A DNA stretch of 64,000 bases, taken from Klebsormidium nitens (taxonomy: Eukaryota; Plantae; Klebsormidiophyceae). This document shows positions 24,155-37,600 of this stretch, piece by piece. Under the pieces are notes generated by a model, which made no database searches, was not told the origin of the DNA, and saw only the letters and a list, made by a program, of their open reading frames with translations. The translations under genes were made by a program, and so were the position numbers. The DNA is taken from contig DF237300.1 in assembly GCA_000708835.1 (NCBI GenBank), positions 1 through 64,000 on the forward strand, read 5' to 3'. How positions within the stretch are numbered: position 1 is the first letter of the stretch; each line of letters starts with the position of its first letter.

Positions 24155-27100
24155 ATGCTGACCCCAGTTGCGGAGAGCTCCATGGAGAGCGAAGTAGAGG
24201 AGGGCCTTTCCCCCAGAACCTCTGAACAGTCCGAAATTACAACTTCCGCCAGCTACGTCAGCGGCTTTCAGCGGGCCTCCCTTGATGGACAGCGGACCGC
24301 GCACCGACACCATAGCGTAGGAGAAGAGGCGGTGCGGGAATTTATCGAGATCAACCAGAAAGAAGCGTCCAAGATTGAGCATGAACAGGAGCCGGGATGC
24401 GGAATCATCGACTTCTATGGGTGAGGGTTTTGCAGATCTGAGGGTTTATTAGAGAGTTCAGAAGGAAAGGTTAAGGGGTTTGTGGGTGCCGGCAGGGAGA
24501 TTGTTTGGTTACTCTGATCAGCGGAGCTGGATTTCTCCGCACATAGTTCTTTGGTTAATTTCTGGAGAAAGATCCCTCTTTTGAGCAATGGCTGGATCTG
24601 TTCAATCGATCCTGATAAACAGAAGAGATCTGTTGTGATGACCACCTTCGATCCAGAATTAAATGGTTTCTTAGTGTGAGCTCTGGCGTTGTTGAAAGGA
24701 GAAGTCTGTTGAAAAGCTACATGACAATGAAACGCTCAACCCGCTGGCAACAAAGCCATAGTCAAGGGCCTACATCAAGGTCCTCTGTGTTATTTTCAAG
24801 TCTTGTCATAGGGAACCCGCTTTGTTGCAACCGTAAGAAGTGTCAAAAATATCAGTGCGAAATTTGCAAAGAGAGGCTGTCTTTGGAATCGTATCTAGAC
24901 CAGTAGCAGTGATAGGGGGACCCCTGATGTCCACTTTTAAGGGCACAGCTGGGGATGTGTATTAGTGTGGGCACCTTTGGTCTGCCCATCAGTACTGATA
25001 AGCTCAAACTTCGTGCCGCACGACGCACTTAACAGCCCACGAATCTAAGTTGGGGCACGACGGTTCGCAGACTGTTGAGCTCTGCACTGGGCGGAATCAG
25101 CCAGAGCCTTCAGAGATAAAAATCTCGCCCAAACTCCTTTACAGTATTGCAACCTGATGGGCACTGCTAGAAAAAGTGCCCAATTGAGGTCAAGTTAATA
25201 AAAACGTACTGTGAACCAGCAAAGGTGGTCTATGATCTATACTCAGATACTTCGGGTTGAAGATATGAATCTTTAGTGCAATATAAAGGTGGAGATACTC
25301 CGCACATACAGGTACGAGCCACGTGTCACTCGGCGAGTTTACCGGTCATGGACCGGATGTGTTGTCAGCCACTTCAGCCTCATCGCGTTTTTGCTGGTGG
25401 TGTGCTATGGTGAGTCGTGCTGATGCTCCTATTCATTTGTGTAAGGAAGCCATCGCCCTTATTGTCAGAATCAAATTTGTTCGGTGCAAGACTGATCCGG
25501 AATGACGACAGAAGTTGTGCCGTTGACATTGCGGTCAGATTATCGAAAAGCTATGGTCCAAGAATTGGCACTAAACAGGCAGTTAGTAGAGAATTCTTAG
25601 TCGGCCAGCTTCAAGGCAAGAAGCAATAGCACCTTGGCAGCGGAAGTATCCCTGTGCCGGAGTCCCCTATCAGGGTCTTTCTTTGCCTCATGATCGAAGA
25701 GTCTTGCACCATCTTCGCCGAGACGGTCAAGCCGTCTGGCCCTTCCAACCTTGTCTGAGCGTCGTTTACGGAGAGAGAACTCGCAAGATTTTGCGCAATC
25801 ACGCCGCAATGAAGTAACACAGGGCTAAAAACAAGATAGAGGGAAAGATTGCCAGGCTTTTTGGACTGGATCAAATTGCAGGGCTGTAGGTACCGCTCAC
25901 ATCAGAAGCTTGTTCGGACGTTTGCAGCGTGTTGGCAGTATTGGGTGGTTCCGTTCCACGTCATTCTCGGCGAGACGGCGCTCAATCCAGACAATCAGAT
26001 CACAGCAACAAGCGAGCCATCCTTGCCGAAAGTGAGTGCATGGGATTTCTTACACTCCGGAAAGTCATGCAAAAGTACAGCGTTTTCGTTGTTGTTAGAA
26101 CTGGAGTTCCGTCAACCTTATCGGATCCCGGACCGGGCTTGCTCTTTGTCGCAAAAAGGAGATCGAACGGACTATCTATGAGAGACTTGCAGCAATTGGA
26201 TAATATCAGGTGCAATGACGGTCCCAATGAAACAGCTTTGAAAGAGACTGCGATTAGAAAGACGTCTTCCACACGTGGCAGCACAAGCGGACGCGAGTGC
26301 GGTCTTGCTCCAACCTCGAATCAATGTGATTGCGCCAAAACCTGGCCGTCACGAAACAGGATTGTAGCCGTCCTCTTGGAAAGAAAATCCTCCAAGAGAG
26401 CCGCACAAGGGTTTTGAATATCCGAAGAGACGTCTCTCTCTGATACAGCTTGTGAGTTCTGCCCCGAAAGAGAAGGGTGACACATACAGCCGGCGAACCT
26501 ACTTTCAAACGCTCAAGCAGAGTATACTCAAATAATCCGCATCGATTGAGCTTGATACAAAGGCTATCGTTCAGTGCTTATCGATCATGATTTCTTGACA
26601 TCTACTCCGTTCTGACTTTGCCACGAGGTGCTAAACTGTCATCTTACTGTTAGTCCTTGCTTCTTCTTTCGTCTCCTGACCTGCCGCCCTCTCGTCTTGC
26701 CACGTGGCAGATCGGCCTGGATTTCCGGCTCGCCAACGGCTCCAGCTTCTTCGACCCCTCCTACCTGACGTACGCCTTTGCGTTGAAGACGATTTACTAC
26801 CAGGACAAGCTACCGCGAGCTACCGTCAAACTTAACTACTCACGGTGCGCATTCACATCCGCGGACGGAGGCCCTGTCGTGGCGACGGCCATGTGTCCCG
26901 ACGAGTCGATCGTCGTCCTCCAGGTGAGAGACAGGGCCTTCCATCGAACAGAACGGCTGTGCCGTACCAACCGTTGCGCGTTGGCGTTCAGCGCAAACAA
27001 ATGGCGAACCAGAGCACTTGCGTGGTCATCAGCTCAGGACGTAATTTGTCCGACCCTCAATTACACAATGAAAGCTCATCAAGGGTTTGCTTCTGAAGGG

Positions 27101-30100
27101 AACCCCGTCAAGATAGACTACTTGCGACCCGCGTTCACACCTGGTGGCGTTCACACCTGGTGGCGTTCACACCTGGTGGCGTTCACACCTGGTGGCGTTC
27201 ACACCTGGTGGCGTTCCGCCCTCTGAACATGTTCTCTCCTCTCATGCAGGGCATATTTAGTAGCCCAGTTTACAGCTACCTGCAGCTAGACATTACCCCG
27301 TGCATAAACTCCTCCTCTTCCCCAGTCGTCTGTCAGTCCTCGGCGGCAATCACCGCCCTCCTTGCGGGAGGAACGTCAGTAATCATGGGAGACGCAGCGA
27401 ATCTCAACCTGAGGGACGTCACGGTGCCGGATAAGCTGACGGCCGTCACGACGTACACGTCGTTCCGGTACGACTTGACCCCGGCGTTCTACCAAAAGGT
27501 GAGGGTTACTGCAGGGTTACTTTTCGGTACTGTGGGGTTAGAGTGCGTAAAGGTTTTGGCGCGTCAGGGGTTTGAAGAAGCCACATTTTGCATGCATGGA
27601 CTGTGCTAGACAGAGGGGCAGTGTTCTTGGGTTCTCATGTTCTTGAACGCATGCTAAAGGCTCGCAGCCGACCAGATTCCGTCTTAAAATCAGCTCTGGC
27701 TTGTGCGAACAAAGGGGCCTGATCCGCAATCCCTCTTTCTCAGCGTGTCCGCGCCCAGATCCTGCCTCCCGCTCCCGCTACAAAAAAGATTTTGAATTGG
27801 AGTTTGCGTCAAACTCGTCCACAATCAGCAATTCAAAAGTTCGGGCGCGGCACAAATCCCTGTTCGGTTTCGATGCACGAAATTGGCCGCTTGCCATTCC
27901 CGGGCTTTCCTTCTACGGGCTTTCTTTCTTAAGAGCCCCCGGCTTGTCCCGCCGGGGGGCGCTAAAGACAACCGGGCGTCAGACCTTTTCGAGATTGTGG
28001 GTGTCACGCCTATCTTTTGTTGTCCCAGCGCGGACAGATTCGGTGCAAACACTTGTGACCTTGGAAATCAGCTTTCGGGCTCCCTGATTCGCTCCAAATA
28101 CGTCGACCTACCATAAATGATTCCAAACAGCAGTTACGGTCTCTCAAGGTCCGAGAACAACCACATCAAGGAGAGCTGGACTTATCGTGCAAACAACGTC
28201 GGGAGTTTCAGACTAAGAAGACGTGTATTTCAATCCCGTAGGACCCGCTGCGCTGCAGGTTGACGTGTTGCTGACGCCGCGTGACATCACCAAGAAGAGC
28301 GCCGTGGTCGACATTGACCAGTGGCGGGAGCACGCGACGGACGTTTTCTTTTCGGGGGTGGTGCCCACGTTCACGGACCGGTCTGCCGCCAACCCCCTGA
28401 TCCGGTACTACGTCAGGCTGGACACCGTGGCGCAGGAGATCGAACTAGAGCCGTACAAAAACTTTATGGACCTCATGGAAATGCTGGTGAGGCGACCGGT
28501 TGAACCATTCCTTCAAATCGTTTGGCTTAGAGTGCACAGCGCGAAGTCTAGGGCCCTCGGATGCACACTCACTTGGTGCCATGTGCTTCGTGAAGCCGAT
28601 AGTATCTGTTTGTACAAGGCCCAACGGGCGATGATGAAACCGTCTCCCACTCTGAGCAGTTCTTGCTTTTGCCTGGCTTCTGAACCCCTTACGCTCAAAC
28701 CAGATTGCCCTCTTGATTGCTTGTCACACGCTGAACGCACGTCTTAGGAAAGCAAGAACTTGCGCATCAGTGGCCTTTCAAGAACTTGAGAGGAAAAATA
28801 ATCCGCTGCTTTCCGTTGCATTGTTCCCCAAATGCGTTTCTTTGTCCAGGGGTCTTTCAAAGCGCTTCTCGACCTCCTCCTCGGCATCCCCCTCCGATAC
28901 CTCAACAAATGGTTCTTCCTTCGCGAAGTCAAGAAAGAGGTGAGACACCCGTTCTGCAATAGCCGAAGCTTCTGACATCCCGCTTTTGTGAAGGGATTCG
29001 AAACGAAGCGTCCAGAGCCCATCGATTCGCCAAACAAAGATGAAAGGTTGGACGTGGCAACTATTCTTGGCTGACGTGAATGCTTCTTTGAAACCAGCAG
29101 TACGCTCGAGGTCCTTCCGATTTTCATCCTTTGCAAAATCCACTCGAATTCTGAACGGACTACCTTTCTGCGCAAGTCGACCGGCCTGCGCGCAGTACGA
29201 GCATTCCGTTCCGTCAGACAACTCCGTCCGTTTTCCTCAGGTCCGCCGCGGAGCGCTGCACACGGACATGCTCCTGCCCAACTCGAGCCAACCAAAGCCG
29301 CACCGCTTGCAATCGATAATGCGCCACATCCACACCGTGCGCCAGGGCGACTCCTTCCAGCGGCGTTCCGCCGGAACGCTGACGGCATTCCGCTCGAGCT
29401 TTAAGAAGGCCACGGGAGGCATCCGCCGGCTCTTCTCACCACCCCCGCCTGAGTCGCCGACGCGAATTCCGCTCCGCTCTCAGCGTGCGCGGAGCGCCTC
29501 GCCGGAATCTCCGCTTGTGGGATCGGCGGATCACTCTGTGTGGATCGATCCGCCGGAATCTGGGGAAACGACGCGAATTGGGCGGATCGAATCGGGCGGG
29601 CGACGGGCACGCATCCGATTCGATTTGCCTTCAAGGGAAAGGAATTCCGATGAGGTAGCTTCCGCTGATCCGCTCGTTTTGCATTTCGGCCTAGGAACGA
29701 GTTCCGGAACACCCTCTCCCTCGGTTGACGTATTGAGCAGAAGCGCTCTCAGAGAGCGGAATCCGGCGGAGGACGGAAACGGAAAAAGCTTGCCTCTCGG
29801 GAGGGGTTTCACCGGGTCCTTAGAGGCATCGCCAATAACAAACCCGCTCTTCAATGATGACGAGAGCGACGTCAGGCAGAGCAGAGAAACGAGAGGGTCT
29901 GACGACATGAGCATGTGGCAAGTGAGACGTTCCGCGTTGAGAAGTTCCGCTCCGGAGGCCCTGCTGACGCACGGAATGCCAGCTGACAGCGGAATCGAGT
30001 TGGAGAGTGAACGAGGGGCGGGGCGGGGCCTGACGTCAGGAATCGGTCAAGGGGGCAGTACGAAGATTGCTTATGTGCGGTCTAGCTTTTCTGGCGGATT

Positions 30101-30104
30101 TTAA
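24155..30104 (+). CDS. two-TM membrane protein with large Cys/N-glycan ectodomain (ENaC/P2X/PAC-like topology), ~703 aa, 8 exons
   Basis: Exons 24155-24420, 25312-25409, 25928-26031, 26711-26923, 27250-27498, 28259-28486, 28850-28939, 29241-30104, all phases consistent. TM1 is GCVVSHFSLIAFLLVVCYACWQYW and TM2 is MLGSFKALLDLLLGIPLRYL. The gene model is solid; the channel assignment is inference. Confidence 0.8.
27131..27216. repeat. intronic 16-bp minisatellite (GCGTTCACACCTGGTG)x5.4
   Basis: Exact contiguous copies just upstream of the acceptor at 27249. Confidence 0.95.
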
Positions 30105-31680
30105 TCAAGTCCAGAAGATGGATGGAATCTGGTTATGTAGAATTAGTAAGCTAGAACAAAGACGTAATATCAAATCCTACAAATGCTGATCGTAAGTCAG
30201 CATACCACGTCATATAGCCCTCCAGTACTCAGACGAACGTACATCACAGTTGATAGATATACGTGTCGTGCTGAAATGGCATACACATAAAGTACTAGCC
30301 CTCTTAAGCTTACTACTGTTGAAGCCTGACGACATGCTCGTAACTTCGAAATCGTTAGGCCTAGAGGGTTCGCTCAAGTCACGTAGCAACTTTCTTTGTT
30401 GAGAAGAGACAAGGTGCGCGCGACGTGTTGACGATGCAAATTAGAGTGTCGCTTCTTGCCCGTTAAGGACGTAAGAGTGAGCGGGCTTCATTTCCCAGCT
30501 CGAAGCCAACCTTAAAGTGAGAGTCGGATTTTATAAGCACACTAGTGAGACTGAGTCCTGAGGAAGGCTGGAGGAAGGCTCGAAAAGGCCAACTCTGAGC
30601 CGTCCGATAAATCATTCAACTCGGTGGTTGAGACCGTCCAATGTCCAGGTGCACTCGCGAGTGCGGACGCCCACTTTAAGCTCGAAGCTTGTCTCTCGTG
30701 GGGAGAAAGCTCCTTCGGTGATTTTGCAACTCGCGAGGCAAGACGATCCAATAAAACTGAGCATGACATGACGACAACTTTGGACAACTCCTCGGAATCT
30801 CACCATCTGCATAATGTAAGGCAATTTCCTGGCGGTCACACTGGACGGTAGACGGTGACGTGGAAGGCACGTGTAACAGCCACCAGTTCTAATTACGCGG
30901 CACAGACATGGAATCATGAACCTGGATAACGCGAGACTCTAATAGTAAATGTGGCCCGTCGTTCTTATTGGACTTCTTTTTGCTCACCGTAGTAGCTAAT
31001 ACATCTGATTGCAGCTCTTCCACGCAGTCATTCCCGTGATCGAGTCCCGACCTAGATGCGGAAGGGCGTCGAGTATGCCGCATTGGATTGCTAGTTTCGA
31101 TCCATAACCCACCAGAGGAGACGTCCATATTTCTGAGGGAAGTACTTAATTCTCGCTGCCGATCCGCTTGGTCCGATCGATGCACTGGAGGACAGGTTTG
31201 AGTCTTACTGGAGTATTAGTCGGAGCGACTTACCTTCTTCTCGGCCATGTTGAGCAGCTGTGGCTGAGATTTTTGCTAGCATTTGCTAGCATTAGTTGAT
31301 TTAGCCACCTTCACAGTCTTTCTCTGTTAGCCCTGTGCCATCTAGGAGTTCAATCTACGGCCCGAATGTGTCAATCGAAGATCGGACGGGTAGAAAGCTT
31401 GCAAATAAAAATGTGAAGCAACTGGGGAAATACCGAGCGCTTATGTAACGCAGAGGAGTAAGCATTGCCGGTCATGCTGAGGAATGGAATTCAATGCTGC
31501 TGGCAAAGACCACCTTCGTATGTCGAAAAGTTACGAGATAATATAAATCTTAAAACAAGTACTAGAAGTGGCAAGCCTAAATTTAGCACAGGATCAGCTC
31601 TGGAAATTCTGGTCTGGACAATTCAGAGTCACTCCAGCTGAAGCCTGCATGAGCGTTTGCCATTGGAGTTCTGGACAAGA

Positions 31681-34600
31681 ATGGCCGCCATGAATGACCT
31701 GGTGCCTCTCGGGCGCCCCAAGACGAAGCACAACGCTCTGGGGGGCTTTGGAGCGCAGAGAACAGGCACGGTCAAGCCTAAAGAGGAGAGCAAGCCGCCA
31801 CCTCAGCTGCCACCTTTGCAGCAATTGGGGCCTGCATGTGAGCGGTGTGGTGTCAGCAAGGACCTGTACGGAAGCCAGTGTGGCCACTTGACACTGTGCC
31901 AGGCCTGCGGGAAGGCACTGAAGCTGGAGGGAGCTCCCTGCAAAAGCTGCGGAGAGAAACTGGACAAGCTGGTCAGAGTGAGGCAGCGGACTCGTTAAAT
32001 CCAGAGAGCAATGATGGTCAGCTTGAGGCAGCATTGATCATTATCTCCTGTAGAAAAACTAAGTCCCCGAATCAGGATTCCTTTGCAACGTAGGCAAAGC
32101 TGCGGCCGCCTTGCGCCATGGCTGTCTCTTTCAGAAGGCATGCTCTATACTCAAAGAGTGGCTGTACTGCCTATGATTGGGTGTCATTTGTTCGTACAAC
32201 TGCTACTGCAAGGCCCACAGCTTCTCTCCACTCGTGTTTGTCGATGACAAGGCAGCCAATTATGGTGAACGCAAAACCCGCCATTTTCACTGGTGTTCTT
32301 TCTGCATTGTTGCAGAACAATTGTTGGACAGCCCCTTGCTTGTAGAGTCACCGATGGTTTTGGCCTTCTGGACCCCATCTCCCCCCCGCTCACAAGACAG
32401 TCACTTCTGGTTGGTTTGAAGCTCGGGGTCTGTTCAGATGCTTGTAAACATCTAGAATGAATTGGAAAAACCGTTTAAGAAGGGACTGATTGCTTAGTGT
32501 ATCTGCAGGAGTCCAATCTTTCCTCCACGTGTTGAACCCAGAGCCAGATCAGAAACGATCAGCTCCCTTGAATACACGCTTCTCTCTGTTCTCTGCCATC
32601 TCCTTGAGAAACTACTTCCCCTGTGCCTACAACCCTGCAGCTCCTTCAGATGGGCTTAACCAGATTTCCGGACGAGTAGAATCGACCAGAAAAAGTGGAG
32701 CAAGTTACGGAATTTCGTCGATACCTGCAGGAGTATGCCATTTCCTCTATCCACCACCCGCGCAGCCACTTCATCGCAAAGTACCCCGACGGATCAACGC
32801 CACCCCCCCTGAACAACCGCAAGCGCTGGTTCATGCAGCGGGACGCGCCGGACGGCCGTCCAACCGGGCCCGACGCACGTGAGAAGCTTAAAGGTCTCCG
32901 GTGGATAATGGGGGACATGACTGAGAAGAATATCTTTAAAGGTTCCCTGGAGGGCGGTCAGCAGGCCAGCTACATGGCACTCATCATGGCCGACAACAAG
33001 CTGACGACCTTCCCAATCTCGTCATGGTACGTGGGGCGATGAGGTTCTGGTTGTGTGCGAATGGATGGGATGTCTACGTGTTCATCTCGCTTGGCTACTG
33101 TGTTCATTGGGTTGGAACTGCATACCCTGTGAGTTACAGGTGATGCATGTCTTATGCCTTAACGAGCTCTTCCATGGAATCTTCAGTTGTCTCTTGAAAT
33201 TTCTACCAGAATTGGGAAAGCGAAATTCGGAAAGCCTTTTATCCCGAGTTTGCAGCCGGGCCCCGACTTTCTCGTGAGTTTTCCTGAAATATTGCACGTG
33301 ATATGTCCCTCACTTCTGGTTTTGAGGACCCGTTCAAGGTTGCCTGATTTAGGAGAGGCTGTGCATGTGATTCAAGAGCATATCCCGAAGAAGCATTGGA
33401 ACTACGACTGCAATAGCTGCGCTGACAACGATAGGCGTCAGCTTCGAGTCATACATGTAGAACTTCTGCAGACTTGAGGATCAGTGTCGTTCAAATTTTG
33501 GTTTGTTGCATCAAAGGAGAGTCACAGGAGCAGCTATCCAGGTTTAATATTGCAGTTACAGTATTGGATGAACGCTTTCCTTGCCCCAGGTACAATTTCC
33601 GCCACCAGATCAGCCTCAAGACGCGCACGCTCGAGGAAGCCGAAGAGCACATGAAGCGGCGCGAGCAAAGCTCCACCACTTACCAGCAATGGATGCTCCG
33701 CACCGCCAATTCGGGCACCGGCGCGTTTCCCGTGCAAAACGGGGGGGGCGCCGGCAGGGGAACGGTGCCGAGGGAAGAGGGGGGGGCGGTGAGCGATGAC
33801 GACGGACAGGAGGATGCGCGCAGGACACGGCCGGCGAGGCGGGACGAGGACGGGGATGAAGAGGCGGGGCGGGTGAGGGGCTTTTTGGTTTGGTTTTCTG
33901 GTGACTCAAGCCAGAGCAAGCTAGCTGGATTATTCTTGGAGGAGTGGGGCCAACCAAAGCGGGGAACCAAGTATCGGGCTGACACCTTAATCATTTGAAG
34001 AAGTTTTCTGTTTCCCTTTTTTTAATTCGGCTCTCGACTCGGATATCGTTTCTCCTTTGCTAGATTGCACCTATCAAAGCAGTCTTGATTGGGAAGTGCA
34101 GGCAACTTTTTGGCCAATAGAAGCTCTCGACGGACTTGTCTTCGATCTCAATCAATGAGAACCCGGTCGCAATCAAGGATCCCCGCTCGCAACCCCATGT
34201 CAGCGTCTTCTTTTCCGGCCGTGGTGTCTGAACGGGCCCCAAAGCTTAGCCTATCCATCCGGAACGTTGGAAGCGCAGCAAAATGAAGCGTTCCATGTTC
34301 CAGTCCCTTTAAAACAGGAATAAAAAGCATCTAGATCCGATTGATAGAGCGTGAGGGGCTCAAGCCTCTTGTCCGCTCTTATTCTCCTGAGAACTCCAGA
34401 TTGCAAAGAGACCTACCGCATGGGTAGGTCCTGAATTTCGCTTTGCTCAAAGGGAGGGAGCGTTAATATGTGGTGAAGATGAAGGTATGAGAAGGTCTGG
34501 TCGAAACACGGACTCTGAAGAGGCCCTGTCAGACGGGTGAGTAACAGGTGGGAGCTTTGCTTTCGATCCGCAGGGCAAGGACTGGGAGCACGACAGGAGT

Positions 34601-37600
34601 TTCCCACGAGAACAGTCCCTCGAGCTGCTATTCTCGATACTTTCTGTCAGAGACAGGAGACCTTCACGCCCTAAGAACGATTTTTGATCTGCTACGTTCA
34701 AGACGGGGGCGGTTCTAAATAGTGGTATTTTGAAGAGGCCTCGTCAGACTGCCGCGAGACGGCGGATAAATTTTTGGTCCTGCGCAGGGTGAGGATTGGG
34801 AACACGATAAGGCCTTTTCAGGAAAGCTGTCTTTCGACCTGCTAGTCGTGATACTTTTTCGAAAGACGGCAAAAGTTTTATGCCATAAGGTCGACCTTCG
34901 ATCTGCACAATAATTTCGTGCATATGCCTCGTCAGAGCCCAGAGAAACGGGGAACAATGATCGCGGTTCCTGTGCAGGGCAAGGACTGGGTGCACGTCGA
35001 AGCGTAACTTTAAAGGATGCCTTGACAGCAAACAGATTTCCGTAAGGCCTTGTTCGAAAGGGAAGTAACAGGTGGGAGTTTTGCTTTTCGTTTGCAGGGG
35101 GAGGACTGGGAGCACGACGAGGCCTTTTCGGACGACGACGAGGCGCCTGGGACCGGCGAGCCGGAAGAGCGGGAGGAGCAAGAGCAGGACAAGAAGGCAC
35201 CGCCACCGAAAGAGATGCAGGTGGGGCACAGCTGCACACTTGCAACCAATGTCGTTTCTTTGTATCTATGTTCTCTTGTCATTCTTCTGCAGGACTAGAT
35301 TGTTGTTTACCTAATCTGGAAGGTTAGATCAAAAAGGCGCCGCCACCGTAAGAGATGCAGGTCAGGGTCAATGTCAAGATTTGCAGCCTATGTATGTCCC
35401 ACAACACGCAGCTGGAGTGGCAGCAGAGCGACGGCGAAGTTTATTGCAGATATTAGGGTTGCCGTAGGCAGTGTTCATTGAATGCCTGTTTCGTCGACCA
35501 GATTCAATTAGAAATATTTGACTTGGGCGCCGGAGGATCTGGGGGTAGCGCGGCTGCCGATCGTGAGCCTCTCACGTTCAAGCATTTTATCCAGGTGATT
35601 TCGCTGCAGAAGCCAGAAAGACATGTTCAAATCAGTCGCCATGTTGCTGTACAAATCGGAGGGAAGCGTAACAGTAGAACGGCTGTTAGTTGTCAGTGTC
35701 AAGAGCTTCTTAGGCATCGACTTTTCGTGAAGTTCGCCAAAGAAGTTACACAGGAGCGTTTGGCTCGGTCGCTGAAACGCAGGAGGAGTCGGAGGGCCAT
35801 AGCAGCGGCTGTCACGTGTGAGTTTTCGTTTCTAGGCAATTATTTTATTGGATTCAAAAGATCCTGAACGCGGAAGTTCTGCAGATATGTTCAACTCGGT
35901 CGTCGAATTGCAGGAGGAGTTGGAGGGGCAGCGCAGCGACAGCGAGGGCGAGGGCAGCGGCGAGGGCAAGCAGCTGCAACGGCTGCTCAAAGAGACGGGA
36001 GAAGGGGACGACGACGAAGAAGAGGAAGAAGAGGAGGATGAAGACGAGGAGGTGGGGCAGCCTTTTCTATTGACATCATCTCCAATTCCTAACCTTGCCG
36101 CTCTGTAAAAAATCCAGGTATGGCTCTGATTCAAGCTTTTGTGAGCGCTCGAAATCCTGAATCTCTGCGTCTTCAGAAGCTTTGGGGCCAAAACACGAGG
36201 CGGGGCTTTTGTTATGAAAACTGGTGTCATCAACCGTTCTGCAGGAGAACGAGGACCTGCTAGAAAAGATCGGCGCGCTCGGCGCGGGAGCGGAATCGCG
36301 GCCGGCGCCGAAAGCGCGCGAGGCTTCCGTCGAGCCCGGGGCCGGAGCGGGCCCCAGCGGACGGCCGGGCACGGCGGGGGGCAAGCGGAAGGATATGGCG
36401 GGACCCCCCCAGGCCGCGCAGAAGAAGCAGAAAGTGGAGACGGCACCGGTGAGAAACTTTTAGGTGCTGGGCTGTGATGCTGACTGGTATGGCAAGAAGG
36501 GGAGGCGTTCGGGAATGGGTTCTGGTTCGTTCTGAATATGTGCCCGGGGGATGTTCTGTGTTTGGTTGCTTGCTTGTCACCTGCGGTTTGAGAGTTGGTC
36601 ATGAGGAGTTCGCAAACTTAGAGCTTGGAAAGCAAATGTAAGATGAAATTGCATGATCTTGCAGACTGTCTCTTCGCAAGATTCCCCACTGAAATGAACT
36701 GTTTGGTACATGCGAAAACAGAATCTGGGGAGGTTGCTGTAGGGGACTGGGATTGTAGAATTGTCGCTTCAGGTAGTCCCTCATTAGGGGCCTTAGTCAC
36801 TAAGTAAGATAACCTTTTGGGATGTTGCTGATGTATTACGCTGGGAACTCTGCTGCTGCCGCCTTGACTCCTGTCGAAACACCCTAAGCTCAACGCCCTC
36901 TCTAGCCGTCCCTTCAGCTTCTGATGCCCTGGACCTCCGGTCGCAATTTCCTCGCGAGAGCAAAGGCAAGCCCGCAGCTGGTCCAACGCGAAAGCAGTTC
37001 GTCCCTTAGAGGGACACCAGTCCAACCGCCCTTCCAATCATTCATACCTTTTCGCGTATACCAAAGCAGCGCCAACATACCTAGAAGGAACACATTCAGG
37101 GACTGTGTTGAGCTTACACCGCCCCCCGATGGCGGTTGGATCCCCTCTTCCAATCTTGAGAAGAACTGCTCAAATCACGTCTTCGTTGCCCCGCAGAAAC
37201 CTCCGGTCGCCGCCCCAGCCGGCCCGAGCAAACCGCCGGCGGCCGCGCCGAAGGCCGCGGAGAAGCCGGCCAACCCGCGCATGCTGACGGTGGAGTTCCT
37301 GAAGGAGACGCTGCGGGAGACGGGGCCTATGACGCTGAAAGACTTGCTGGCGCTGCTCAAGAAGAGGAACTGCAACCCGCAAACCAAAGAGGTGGGCACG
37401 TGCTCGAGTTTTTGGTTTCTGGGGTTTTGGGTTTCCAGGGTTTGGTAGTAGGGTTCTAAATGGAGACGCTGCAAGTGACCGGGCCCACAACGCTGAAGGA
37501 GCTGCTGGCACGACTCAAAAAGAGGAAGTGCAACCCGCAGACCAGAGAGGTGGGCGAAGGGCTTTCATCCTTAATCCACTGTCTTCACTTCCATTTTATC

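Noticed and set aside
27131-27216. CRISPR-like array
   Set aside because: Contiguous identical units with no spacers, in a eukaryotic intron.
28850-28939. Apparent frameshift in the TM2 exon of the channel-like gene
   Set aside because: My eye-read of the C-run was ambiguous. Three overlapping ORF-track translations imply GGC ATC CCC CTC CGA, and the 90-nt exon is in frame.
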